Below are positions 9,488 to 18,976 of a stretch of DNA of 64,000 nucleotides, in pieces (within the stretch, counting starts at the first letter, position 1; the number at the start of each line of letters is the position of its first letter). The notes under the pieces were generated by a model. It was not told where the DNA came from. It made no database searches and saw nothing but the letters and a program-made list of their open reading frames with translations. The stretch is from Polyangiaceae bacterium. Lineage in GTDB: Bacteria; Myxococcota_A; Polyangia; Polyangiales; Polyangiaceae. Location of the stretch: positions 96,001-160,000 of the forward strand of contig JBILLK010000021.1 of assembly GCA_044376115.1 (NCBI GenBank), written 5' to 3'. Made by a program: the position numbers and the translations under genes.

Positions 9488-10801
9488 TCAGGGGTGACTA
9501 GCGACCTCGGGCGGTCGGCATTCTCCGAGTAAGGCGCCGAGGCAAGGCGCGATCACCTGCTCAACCGCTTCGCGTGCTGCAGCGAAGCGGAGCGCCGCGC
9601 TTGGCTGGCCGTGCTCCAGCAACATCGCGTCATCGACCGTCGAGGTCGGCGGGTTGAAGCCGGGAAGCGCTCGCCGGAGGACTGCTGGCAGTGCACGGCT
9701 GAGCTGCTCCCTCACGTCGCGATCGTTTGCGGCCCATGCGACAAAGCGAAATGCCAGCTCGGCGTGCGCGGCCTCGTCCCTGGCGATCACCTCGAGCGCC
9801 TTTCTCGCCTGAAGCTCTTGTGTGGTCTCGAGCGTCCGCTGCGCCGCGATCGCGGCGATCGTTTCACCGACACAACCCTCAACCAGAGCGCGCAGCGCCA
9901 CCTCGAGAAGTCCGCCACCGAGCGATACCCCGGTAACAGGCAGTGGCCCAGGTCCGATCGCGTTTCCGCCATACCGTGAGGCCAGCGCGTAGCAGCGTTC
10001 CGCGTGATCGATCTCGTCCCGCATCGCTTCCTGCGCGCCGCGCACGAGAGCCGCCGGGGCTCCTACGCTGAGCAAGTCCAGCGCGAAACGCGCAAAGGAC
10101 CCCACGCTGGCATGCTCGAGCGCTGCATCGCGAGCCCATCGTTCCGCGAGCATGGAGCGAACGTGGTCGGGCAACGGCTCACCGGCGGGGAAGGCGGCTT
10201 TCGGACCGCACCAATCTTCACGTGCGACGGGCGTACTCCTCAAGCTCTGCCCGTCGACGATCAGCGGGCGACCACACTCCGAGCCCCCTCGCTCGATCAC
10301 CCCGTAACAGCATTGCAGCCTCGAGCCTGTAGCTGCGCTTCCCCCGCTTCCTCCGGCGCCGCCGCTGGCTTCAAGGCCGCCAGCGCCGCCTACGGCTCCG
10401 CCGGCTCCAACGCCTCCGGCGCCGCCCGCTCCTTCACTGGCTGCTCCAGCTCCGCTAACGCCTCCGGCTCCAGCAACGCCTCCAGCTCCGCTTGGCCCTG
10501 TCGCCACCGGCGTACCCGGGCGCAACGGACCACAAACGTACTCGATCCAAGTCTCCTCTGCCTGGTCCCAAGCTGGGCACACCTGCACGTCCAGTACGAC
10601 GCATTGTTCGACCAGATACTCATTGCTGCTGATCGTGAGCGTGCAGGTCTCCCCGAGCGAAGCCTCGTACGGCCCCGTGTCCTCGGGTTCCGGGCAGCAA
10701 CCCGTTGGCAAGGTTGAGAAGGCACCCAGGGATACTGCCGTCGCTGCTCCCCCGAAGCACCCAGCCAGAAAGCGACGCGTCAGCGGATGCATCAAAGTCA
10801 T
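9488..10801 (-). CDS. Myxobacterial ferritin-like domain lipoprotein
   Basis: TRRFL...GCC signal, Gly linker, GRPL motif, EHASV..F, DEIDHA, EGCVGET, DEAAHA diiron-type ligands. Confidence 0.75.
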   Translation of the reverse strand: MTLMHPLTRRFLAGCFGGAATAVSLGAFSTLPTGCCPEPEDTGPYEASLGETCTLTISSNEYLVEQCVVLDVQVCPAWDQAEETWIEYVCGPLRPGTPVATGPSGAGGVAGAGGVSGAGAASEGAGGAGGVGAGGAVGGAGGLEASGGAGGSGGSAATGSRLQCCYGVIERGGSECGRPLIVDGQSLRSTPVAREDWCGPKAAFPAGEPLPDHVRSMLAERWARDAALEHASVGSFARFALDLLSVGAPAALVRGAQEAMRDEIDHAERCYALASRYGGNAIGPGPLPVTGVSLGGGLLEVALRALVEGCVGETIAAIAAQRTLETTQELQARKALEVIARDEAAHAELAFRFVAWAANDRDVREQLSRALPAVLRRALPGFNPPTSTVDDAMLLEHGQPSAALRFAAAREAVEQVIAPCLGALLGECRPPEVASHP

Positions 10802-10885
10802 GCTCCGACTGTAGCAGCCCAAGAGCCCATTCGATTGCAGGATGCTTTTGGGCAGCAGCCTCACAACGCACGAAAGCAGCGGCGT

Positions 10886-12502
10886 TCAATCCCAGAGCAG
10901 GCTTGTGCCGAACAAAAATGAGAGGCCGTCGTCGTCGAAGCTGGGCGGAACCAAATCGCTGGCGCAGCTCGTGTCGAGGGCTGCGCTTGGTGCACTGAGG
11001 AAGGCCGTCATCAACTCAGCGCCGCAATCGCTGCCGCTCGTGGTTTGGCTTTGAAACAAGCTGCCGTGCGCGCCGCCCTCGAGCAGTACGAGCGTCTGCC
11101 CCGGCGCCGAGAGAGCGGCCGCTACCTCTTGCGCATGTTGCGGCGGGGTGAGCGGATCGAGCGTGCCTTGCAGCATCAACACCGGCACGGTGGTGGCTGG
11201 GTACTGCCCGCGGTACGGGCTCGCGTCGTAACGAGGCCAGCTATCGTAGAGGCCGCGGTAGAAGCCTGCATCGCCGTTGCTGAAGGCGCGCGACGCATCG
11301 CTGGCGAGCAAGGCGTCGAACGAGGCCGGGCTCTCGTCGTACAGCTCCGAGAGCGCGACATGAACGTTCAGCACGCCGCTCGCCGAGGGACCGAGATCTG
11401 CTTCCGATGCAGCGAACAGCGCACGCAAGCTGAGGATCGCCTCCTGGTCCTGCGCGTTGCAGCGGTCCACGCGGAAGAGCAGCGCCGGCAGTGCATTGCG
11501 CAGGGCGGCAGGCAGCGTCATCGTCTTCGTGAACAAGAGGCGGTAATCGCCCTGGGTCAGGTTAGCCGAGGTGGGACAATGGCCGGCGGCGAGCTTGGCC
11601 ATCAAGTTATCGACGAAGACCGCTGGGTCCGCGCCGAGCCGCCCGCTGCAAAACGGATCGGCGCCGCACAGCGCCAAGAGCGGCTGCGCTACGGTCTCCA
11701 GCTGGGCTCCGAAGTCGGTGAAGCTCAGCGACTCCGACTCGAGCGAATCGAGCACGACGCCGCTCGCCTGATCGGGGTACTGCTGCAAATAGCGCAGTGC
11801 CCAGCGGGTGCCGTAGGAGACCGCCCAAAGGAAGACGGGCTCGTCGCCGTTGCGCGTGCGCTCGATGGTCTCACCCAGGTCGGCTGCAGCCTCCACCGAG
11901 CTGAAGCCCTCGAGCGAGCCCCAGGCCGCGAGCAGCTCCTCCGCACAGACGCTGCCAACAGCGACGACCGAAGCCTCGCTGGGCGGGCTCGCGGCGCCGC
12001 TGATCGGCGTGTCGAAGCCGTCGCAGAGGAGCGGCGAGGATTCGCCTACGCCGCGATGATCCGGCAAGTAGATATCAAGGTTGGGAGCGATCGTTTGGAC
12101 CAACGGGACGAGCCCTGCCAACGTGCTGCCCGCGAGCCCCGGCCCACCCTGCAAGAGCCAGAGCTGCCCCTGGGAAGGCGACTGCGAGGCGAGCACGCGC
12201 TTGACGTGGAAGTCGACGGTAGCGTCGCTCGCCCCGTCGCGCTCTAGGGGTTGGGACAGCGTCGTGCACTCCGCGGCGAGCTCGCCGAGCGTGCAGGCAG
12301 TCCACGAGACAGGCTCACTCCCGCCGCCTCCACCGCTTCCACCCGCTGAACTCCCGCCCGACGAGCTACCGCCGGCTGAACTCCCGCCCGAAGAGCTGCC
12401 CCCCGACGAGCTGCCGCCAGAGCTCGAATCATCGCCACAGCCGACGGCTTGAAGCAGCCAAAGTGCGCTCAGCGCAGGGAGCAGAAGCCTCAAAGAATGC
12501 AT
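10886..12502 (-). CDS. Alpha/beta hydrolase lipoprotein (tripeptidyl aminopeptidase/TAP-like)
   Basis: GGPG, DHRGVG, AVSYGT nucleophile elbow, GTLDPLTP, GGAHG; GCGDD lipobox. Confidence 0.85.
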   Translation of the reverse strand: MHSLRLLLPALSALWLLQAVGCGDDSSSGGSSSGGSSSGGSSAGGSSSGGSSAGGSGGGGGSEPVSWTACTLGELAAECTTLSQPLERDGASDATVDFHVKRVLASQSPSQGQLWLLQGGPGLAGSTLAGLVPLVQTIAPNLDIYLPDHRGVGESSPLLCDGFDTPISGAASPPSEASVVAVGSVCAEELLAAWGSLEGFSSVEAAADLGETIERTRNGDEPVFLWAVSYGTRWALRYLQQYPDQASGVVLDSLESESLSFTDFGAQLETVAQPLLALCGADPFCSGRLGADPAVFVDNLMAKLAAGHCPTSANLTQGDYRLLFTKTMTLPAALRNALPALLFRVDRCNAQDQEAILSLRALFAASEADLGPSASGVLNVHVALSELYDESPASFDALLASDASRAFSNGDAGFYRGLYDSWPRYDASPYRGQYPATTVPVLMLQGTLDPLTPPQHAQEVAAALSAPGQTLVLLEGGAHGSLFQSQTTSGSDCGAELMTAFLSAPSAALDTSCASDLVPPSFDDDGLSFLFGTSLLWD

Positions 12503-12675
12503 CGCGTGGAGGCTAGAGACGCCTGCTCCCAGGCTCAAGAGCTTGCGATATGGCAACACGCGGAGCCGCCATATCAGGCCACATCATCACCTAGGGGCAT
12601 TTTATGGCCTACTATTAACCATCATAATCAGCCACATCGTTTGCTCGGACGACGCTGTGGCTGTATTTAATAGCC

Positions 12676-14115
12676 ATGCTGGTTGGGCGGTTACGCGAAC
12701 AAGCGGTGCTTCGTGAGGCGCTCGAGTCTCCGGACGCGGAGCTCGTAGCGGTCTACGGGCGGCGACGCATTGGCAAGACCTACCTCGTGCGCCACTTCTT
12801 CGGACCAGCGGTTGCCTTCGAACTTACCGGAACGCACGACGGAAGCTTATCGGCCCAGCTGGAAGCCTTCGCCGCGGCGCTTGGCCGAGCCCTGAGCTCA
12901 CGTGCCCCGCTCGCGCGACCTCAGAGTTGGACGGAGGCGTTCCGTTTGCTCGAAGCCCATCTGTCATCCTTGCCGCGAAAGAAGCGGCAGAAACACGTCG
13001 TCTTCCTGGATGAACTGCCTTGGCTCGCGACGCGTCGCTCGGGCTTCCTCCCGGCGTTCGAGCATTTCTGGAACGGCTGGGCGTCGGCACAACCGTGGCT
13101 CGTGATCGTCATCTGTGGTTCCTCCGCATCCTGGATGCTGAGTCACGTCGTCAAAGAGCGCGGCGGGCTCTACAACCGCGTGACGCGACGACTGCGGCTC
13201 GGTGCCTTGTCGCTCCACGAGTGCGAGGAGTATCTGCGTGCACGCCACGTGGAGATCGGTCGCTATCAAATCCTCGAGCTCAGCATGGCCTTCGGCGGCG
13301 TCCCTCACTACCTCAATCAGGCCAAGCCCGGGCAGTCGGCTGCCCAGTGCATCGACCGCGCGTGCTTCTCGCCTGACGGCCTGCTTCACGATGAGTTTCA
13401 GCACCTCTATGCCGCCCTGTTCGAGCGCTCCGACCGTCACGAGGCGGTGGTGCGCGCGCTCGCCAAATCACGCGGCGGAGTCGATCGTCACGAGGCGATC
13501 GCAGCGGCCAAGATGGCGAGCGGCGGTACGGCCAGCAAAGTGATCGACGAGCTGGTCGAATGTGGCTTCGTCAAAAGCGCAGCCCCGCTCTGGCACAAGC
13601 AGCGAGACGCGCTTCACCGCCTCACCGACGAATACTCGCTCTTTTACCTCACGTGGATCGATTCGCAGCGCGGGCAGACCGAGGGCAGCTGGCTCAAGAA
13701 GCGCGCGAGCCCTCGCTTCCGCGCGTGGAGCGGGCTCGCCTTCGAGAACCTCTGCCTCCGGCACGTCCCAGCGATCAAACGCGCGCTCGGCATCGCAGCG
13801 GTCGAGACCGAGAACGCGCCTTGGGTCCATCGCCCCACCGAGGCGGAGGATCAAGGCGCTCAGATCGATCTCGTGATCGACCGCGCCGACCAGAGCATCA
13901 ACCTATGTGAGATGAAGTTCGCCGAGTCCGAGTTCGTGCTCGACAAAGCTTACGCGCGCGAACTCGAGCGCAAACGCGAAGTTTTTCGCCGGGTGACCGG
14001 CACACGCAAGGCCATCTTTATCACCTTGATCACCACCCACGGGCTGCGGCCGAGCGAGCACGCACAGCGGTTGGGCTTGGAGGTCGTGACGATGGACGCG
14101 CTGTTCACGCAGTAA
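12676..14115 (+). CDS. AAA ATPase (ATPase_2/archaeal-type) with C-terminal PD-(D/E)XK nuclease-like (DUF234-like) domain
   Basis: GRRRIGKT Walker A, VVFLDELP Walker B, ICGSS, GGVPHYL, QIDLVID...LCEMKF. Confidence 0.85.
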   Translation: MLVGRLREQAVLREALESPDAELVAVYGRRRIGKTYLVRHFFGPAVAFELTGTHDGSLSAQLEAFAAALGRALSSRAPLARPQSWTEAFRLLEAHLSSLPRKKRQKHVVFLDELPWLATRRSGFLPAFEHFWNGWASAQPWLVIVICGSSASWMLSHVVKERGGLYNRVTRRLRLGALSLHECEEYLRARHVEIGRYQILELSMAFGGVPHYLNQAKPGQSAAQCIDRACFSPDGLLHDEFQHLYAALFERSDRHEAVVRALAKSRGGVDRHEAIAAAKMASGGTASKVIDELVECGFVKSAAPLWHKQRDALHRLTDEYSLFYLTWIDSQRGQTEGSWLKKRASPRFRAWSGLAFENLCLRHVPAIKRALGIAAVETENAPWVHRPTEAEDQGAQIDLVIDRADQSINLCEMKFAESEFVLDKAYARELERKREVFRRVTGTRKAIFITLITTHGLRPSEHAQRLGLEVVTMDALFTQ

Positions 14116-14151
14116 GCTTTCCGCGAAAACATACGCGTCCGTACGACGAAC

Positions 14152-15141
14152 TCAGCCCCAGTTGATGCGATGGGAAACGTCGTGACCGATGCGCTCGGAG
14201 AACTTCTTCACCGAGGTGGCGGCCATCTTTTCGCTGAGGCCAACGGGGATACGCGTGGTGAGCCAGCCGCCGAAGCCGAGGTCTTCTCCCAAGGCTGAGC
14301 CTTTGCCACTCGGTGCGACGTACTTCACGCGCGCTTCGAGTTTGCCGGCGCGCTCGAGCAAATCGTAGAGGTCACGCAAGATGATGAACGAGGTGTCGTT
14401 CAGGTGCGTGCTCCAGTTGGCGACCGGCATGAAGTCCACCAGGTGGATGAGCTGGTAATTGAGGGCGATCCAAAAATCTTCGGCGCTGATGGTGATGGGC
14501 GCGTTGTCGATCACACGCTGGAAGCTGACCTCACGAATGGAGCCGAGCCGCGGGAGTTCACGGCGCAACTCGGCGCGAAGATCCCCGGCGTACAGCAGAC
14601 GCAGGACCGAGGGAAAGGCCTCGACATGCGTCCAATCGAAGGGCGAAAGGAGCGCGCGCAAGGCCGGGATCTTCGACTTATCCATGGCGAAGGTGTTGGT
14701 GCCGGTGCCCAGGATCGAATGCAGCAAGAGCACCAGCGGTGAACGCTCGGGGTAGTGGCGCACGCCGTACTCGAAGCAAAAGTAAAGGTGGTCGAGGAAG
14801 GAGCCGTCGGCATGTTCCACGTCGAAGTTGCATTCTTCGACCAGGAATTGCGTCAGCTCGGGGCTCACCTCGGGCAGCGGGCCGCGCGCCGAGAGCGCGT
14901 CGTAGTCGGCCTGCACGCGCTTGGCGTCATCCACGAACCAGCGCACGTCCTTCGCGATGCGCTTCTGAATCACATAGCGCGCGGCTTTGCCCTCGAGCGT
15001 CTGAAAGATCGTCCGGCCCAAGTCGAAGTTGGGGATGGGCAACACGGCGACCTCACCGCTGTGATCGACGGCGCCGCCGTGGGCGAGCGCGGCCTTGCGC
15101 TGAAAGTTGGGCTCAGGACGGACGGCAGCAGACTGCTTCAT
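14152..15141 (-). CDS. Hypothetical protein with DUF6817/HD-like motif
   Basis: EHADGSFLDHL ... LLHSILGT motif. Confidence 0.6.
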   Translation of the reverse strand: MKQSAAVRPEPNFQRKAALAHGGAVDHSGEVAVLPIPNFDLGRTIFQTLEGKAARYVIQKRIAKDVRWFVDDAKRVQADYDALSARGPLPEVSPELTQFLVEECNFDVEHADGSFLDHLYFCFEYGVRHYPERSPLVLLLHSILGTGTNTFAMDKSKIPALRALLSPFDWTHVEAFPSVLRLLYAGDLRAELRRELPRLGSIREVSFQRVIDNAPITISAEDFWIALNYQLIHLVDFMPVANWSTHLNDTSFIILRDLYDLLERAGKLEARVKYVAPSGKGSALGEDLGFGGWLTTRIPVGLSEKMAATSVKKFSERIGHDVSHRINWG

Positions 15142-15252
15142 GGATGCTGAGCGTGCTAAAGCCAGAGGCCGGCGGCAAGCCTCTCGTAAGCGAACCGCCC
15201 CGGGCTTTGCGTTGGGAAGAAGCGCGCGGCTTTGGTGTATGACGCCGCACCT

Positions 15253-16038
15253 ATGAACACGGCCCGCCCCCTCGCTCTTCTCTCCGTTCTTTCGTTGCTC
15301 GCGCTCGCCCATTGTGGAGACGCCAACAAGAGCAACGCCTCCGCGTCCGCAGTCAAAGACGCGAGCTCGGCCAAACCAGCGGGCTCCGGCTCGGCCAAGC
15401 CGGCGAGCTCGGCGGGCGCTTCGAGCGCTGCAGCACCGGCAGCGACAACAGCCGCAGCGAGCGCCGTACCGAGCGCAGCTTCAGCTCCCGCCGCCGGTGA
15501 AGATCTCACCGGCGAGGCCTTCCTCAAGCTGCTCAAACTACCCGAAGGCTCGAAGGCGCAATCGGTGCCCGGCATGGAGGGCTTCGGCTTTCTCGGCCCG
15601 GCCGATACCAAGCTCGCCGACGTTGGCGCTGGCCGACCGAAGAAGTGGGGCACCACCAGCTTCGGCGGGATGACGATGGCCACGCTGCTCGTCAACCACG
15701 AACAAGACGAAGGCGAGAAGTGTATGAAGCTCGCTGACGCAAAGGCCAAGCTCGGCAGCGCCAAGATCGTGAAGGAGCAGACCTTCTCGATCCCGGTCGT
15801 TGAGAAAGATGGCAAGTACACCGACTACGGTGATGAGGCGGCCGAGCTGCTCGTATTCGAGCGCGATGGCAAGCAGGGCTTCTACGCTCACAAGGTCTTC
15901 GACCACGGGGATGACGCCACGCGCATCTGCTGCACCGCTGGCGCCGCCGCCGACGCCAAGGAGCTCAAAGGCAGCGCCGACGCCGCGCAGATCGAAGCGA
16001 TGAGCGCCGTGTGTTTGAGCTGGAGCTTCAAGTTCTAG
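15253..16038 (+). CDS. Hypothetical lipoprotein with Ala/Ser-rich linker
   Basis: LAHCGD lipobox, low-complexity linker, globular C-terminus. Confidence 0.65.
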   Translation: MNTARPLALLSVLSLLALAHCGDANKSNASASAVKDASSAKPAGSGSAKPASSAGASSAAAPAATTAAASAVPSAASAPAAGEDLTGEAFLKLLKLPEGSKAQSVPGMEGFGFLGPADTKLADVGAGRPKKWGTTSFGGMTMATLLVNHEQDEGEKCMKLADAKAKLGSAKIVKEQTFSIPVVEKDGKYTDYGDEAAELLVFERDGKQGFYAHKVFDHGDDATRICCTAGAAADAKELKGSADAAQIEAMSAVCLSWSFKF

Positions 16039-16054
16039 AGCGAGCGGCCCAAGC

Positions 16055-17002
16055 TCAGAGCGGCGCGATGCCGTAACGCTCACGCAACCCCAGGAGCGGC
16101 TCGTGCATCACCGGCCAAGGGTCCCAGCCCTTGGTCGGGTCGATCGTGCAGGCCGAGCCGCGCTCGAGCGCCTTCCACATCAGCGCCAGATCGAGCTTGC
16201 CGCGCGAGCCCGTTGCTACCGGTGACATCGCGAGCCCGAGGTGAAACTCGGCGATGCCGAAGAGCACGAAGGAGAACGGGTCGTGCTCTTCTTTGCGACA
16301 ACCGGCGTGGAACGCGAGCACCTGCAGCTCGCCTTCTGGATCTGTGCCGTAGCCGGAGAGCACGTGGGTGAGATCGTGAAAAGCGATCACCTCCGCTGGG
16401 CTGCCCTTTTCGCCGGGGAAGGAGTAGCCGTTGCCGCGGATGAAGTCGAAGTAGCCGCGGCCGAGCGAGCCCTCCGGCGCATGTTCGAGCGCGCGATAAC
16501 GTGAAGCGATCTCGGCGTCTTCACGCAGGCCGGCCATCGCCGCGAGGCTGCGCGCGAGCCAGCCAACGCCCTTCTCGGCGGTGAACTCGAGCAGCTTCTC
16601 GCGGGCGAAGAAACGCCGGGCGATGTCGAAGCGCGCACGCATGAAGTGCTGCTCGGCGAGCTTGTGCAACGTTCCGAGGTCGGTCGCTTCCACCTCGAGA
16701 GCCCGCGCGAAGCGCTCGATCAGCCTGGCCTCGGCCGGGCTCGCCTCGCCATCGATCAGCGAGAGCACGATCATCCCGCGAATGATTTGCCGCCGCGCCG
16801 CCGGGTCGCGAAGCGCGAGCGCGAGCTCCTCTGGTTCGATCGGCGCGAGCGTCTCTACCTCGATATCGCTGCCGAAGATCTGCTGCGCTGTAGCGATGAA
16901 GTTCCGCTCGGCGTCGGAGATGGCGCCGTCGGCGCTGGCGACCATCTTCATCGCACGCAAGCCAAACGGGAGGATCTCGGGAGAAGGGCGGAGCAGCTGC
17001 AT
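16055..17002 (-). CDS. TerB-like domain fused to a Coq4-like domain
   Basis: VASADGAISDAE and IDGEASPAE TerB motifs; PEGSLGR ... HDLTHVLSGY..D..GE Coq4 motif. Confidence 0.75.
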   Translation of the reverse strand: MQLLRPSPEILPFGLRAMKMVASADGAISDAERNFIATAQQIFGSDIEVETLAPIEPEELALALRDPAARRQIIRGMIVLSLIDGEASPAEARLIERFARALEVEATDLGTLHKLAEQHFMRARFDIARRFFAREKLLEFTAEKGVGWLARSLAAMAGLREDAEIASRYRALEHAPEGSLGRGYFDFIRGNGYSFPGEKGSPAEVIAFHDLTHVLSGYGTDPEGELQVLAFHAGCRKEEHDPFSFVLFGIAEFHLGLAMSPVATGSRGKLDLALMWKALERGSACTIDPTKGWDPWPVMHEPLLGLRERYGIAPL

Positions 17003-17097
17003 CGGCGGATGTTAACCGCCTAACAAGGCGATGGAGTGACTTTGGCGGCTGGCAGCGAGCGGTCAGTGTGGGCTCCCGGCGTTCGTCAGGGTGGGCT

Positions 17098-17898
17098 ATG
17101 AAGCTACCGGTGCGCACCGTCCGAGCCACTCGCTACGTGATGCCTTTCCGTCAGGGCGGCTCGGTGCCCGCGCTGGTCGAGGGCGACGACGATGGCATGT
17201 ACGTGGTCAAGCTGCGCGGCGCGAGTCAGGGCGAAAAGGCGCTGATCGCCGAGTTCGTGTCCGGGGAGCTCGGCCGTGCGCTCGGACTTGCGGTACCCGA
17301 GCTCGTGTTCGTGGAGCTCGATGCGGCGATCGCCGCGGCCGAGCCGGATCCCGAGTTGTGTATGCCGCTCAGCAAGAGCCTCGGCTTGAACCTCGGCTTG
17401 GATTTTTTGCCGGCGAGCGTGACGTATGATCCGCTGGTGGGGCCGCATCCCGACGCCGAAATGGCCGCGCGCATCGTGCTCTTCGATGCCTTCGTCAGCA
17501 ACGTGGACCGCACCGTGCGCAACGCCAATCTGCTTACCTGGCATCGCTCGACCTGGCTGATCGACCACGGCGCTTCACTCTACTTCCATCACGGTTGGCG
17601 GCCCGAAGACCCGCTCGAAGGCAGCGCTGACCCCTTCGCCGAGGTACGCGACCACGTGCTGCTCACCAAGATCGGCGCTGGCTCCACGAGCCTGCGCTCA
17701 GCCGCAGAACGGATGCGCACCACGCTCGACGATTCGCTGATCGACGGGCTAATCGATCGCATCCCCGAGGCTTGGCTCGCATTGGATCGCGCTTGGGATG
17801 ACGTCGCCTCGCACCGCGACGCCTATCGAGCGTGGCTGCGCGCTCGTCGCGAGGCCATCCCGTTGCTATTGCAAGAGGCGGAGCGTGCGCGTGGCTGA
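17098..17898 (+). CDS. HipA-like kinase
   Basis: GGSVP..V, YVVK, FDAFVSNVDRT..NANLL, WLIDHG kinase motifs. Confidence 0.8.
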   Translation: MKLPVRTVRATRYVMPFRQGGSVPALVEGDDDGMYVVKLRGASQGEKALIAEFVSGELGRALGLAVPELVFVELDAAIAAAEPDPELCMPLSKSLGLNLGLDFLPASVTYDPLVGPHPDAEMAARIVLFDAFVSNVDRTVRNANLLTWHRSTWLIDHGASLYFHHGWRPEDPLEGSADPFAEVRDHVLLTKIGAGSTSLRSAAERMRTTLDDSLIDGLIDRIPEAWLALDRAWDDVASHRDAYRAWLRARREAIPLLLQEAERARG

Positions 17899-18262
17899 AG
17901 CCTACGAATACGCCATCATCCGCGTGGTGCCGGATCTGGTTCGGGAGGAGTTCGTCAACGTCGGCGTGGTGGTGCTGTGCGAGGCCCGCGGCTACTTATG
18001 TGCGGCCACCGATGTCGACTTGGCGCGGCTGCAGGCGCTTTCGCCCAAGGCCGACGCTGAGCTGATGCGTGCGCACGTCGAGGCCATCGTGCGGGTCTGC
18101 AATGGGGAGGGCCCGATGGGCGCATTGCCGCTGCGCGAGCGCTTTCGCTGGCTGGTCGCGCCGCGCAACGCCGTGGTGCAGACCTCCTGTGCGCACGGCG
18201 GTATGACGGACGATCCTGCGGCGACGCTCGCGCGGCTGCTCGCAAGAATGGTCCAACGCTAA
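17891..18262 (+). CDS. DUF3037 family protein
   Basis: YEYAIIRVVPD..REEFVNVGVV and ERFRWLVAPR; overlaps the kinase stop codon. Confidence 0.85.
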   Translation: MAEAYEYAIIRVVPDLVREEFVNVGVVVLCEARGYLCAATDVDLARLQALSPKADAELMRAHVEAIVRVCNGEGPMGALPLRERFRWLVAPRNAVVQTSCAHGGMTDDPAATLARLLARMVQR

Positions 18263-18287
18263 CGCCGCGCCTCGTAGACTGCTAACG

Positions 18288-18926
18288 ATGCGACCCGAAC
18301 AAGCGTACGTCTACGTCGGCTTCTGGGTCGCTTTGCTGCTTGCTTCGCTGGTGGTCGCCGTCCGACAGCGGAGTGGGCTGAGAGCGTCGCTGAAAGGCTA
18401 CGGACGCGCGCTACGAGCGCCCTGGAAGCTCGTCACCTACGTCCTCTCCGCAGGGTCGTTCATTGTGTTAGCACCCTATTCGGGGGACCCGACCTGGGAC
18501 CACGTCGACGCTGCGTTCATGTCGGGCCTTACGATCCTCACCGCGCCGTGGAGCCTCGGGACGCTCTATCGCGCAGGCCGTGGGACCTTGCCGAAGGCGC
18601 TGATTTTACCTGCCGTAACGGTGTGGCTGTTCTCAGCCAGCTGGTCGTACGACCTCTACATTTGGTGGCGCGACGGCCACTACCCGCCGAGTTGGTTTTG
18701 GAACCTCATTGCCTCCTCTGTGCTCTACGTCGCGGCCGGCATGCTCTGGAGCCTCGATCACCGCGCCGGGCGCGGCGTGCATTTCGCCTTTCAGGAGCCT
18801 GCCTGGGCGCTGCCTTCCTCCGACCTACGCATCGTCGGCTACGGGCTCGCCTTCATCCTGCTGGTGGTCGGCATGATGCTTCCGTTCGCCTGGGACCCGA
18901 TCGCTGAGCTGCTCCAAGCTCGCTGA
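18288..18926 (+). CDS. Integral membrane protein
   Basis: About six hydrophobic segments; DPTWDHVD motif. Confidence 0.7.
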   Translation: MRPEQAYVYVGFWVALLLASLVVAVRQRSGLRASLKGYGRALRAPWKLVTYVLSAGSFIVLAPYSGDPTWDHVDAAFMSGLTILTAPWSLGTLYRAGRGTLPKALILPAVTVWLFSASWSYDLYIWWRDGHYPPSWFWNLIASSVLYVAAGMLWSLDHRAGRGVHFAFQEPAWALPSSDLRIVGYGLAFILLVVGMMLPFAWDPIAELLQAR

Positions 18927-18976
18927 GCGAACGCCGGCTCGGCCTAAGGTCGCAGCCGCACGCTCAGTGCACACCG

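Noticed and set aside
12320..12430. 15-nt periodic repeats; similar tracts at 4175-4340, 10340-10500 and 25835-25940
   Set aside because: They encode Gly/Ser-rich lipoprotein linkers and vary at synonymous positions.
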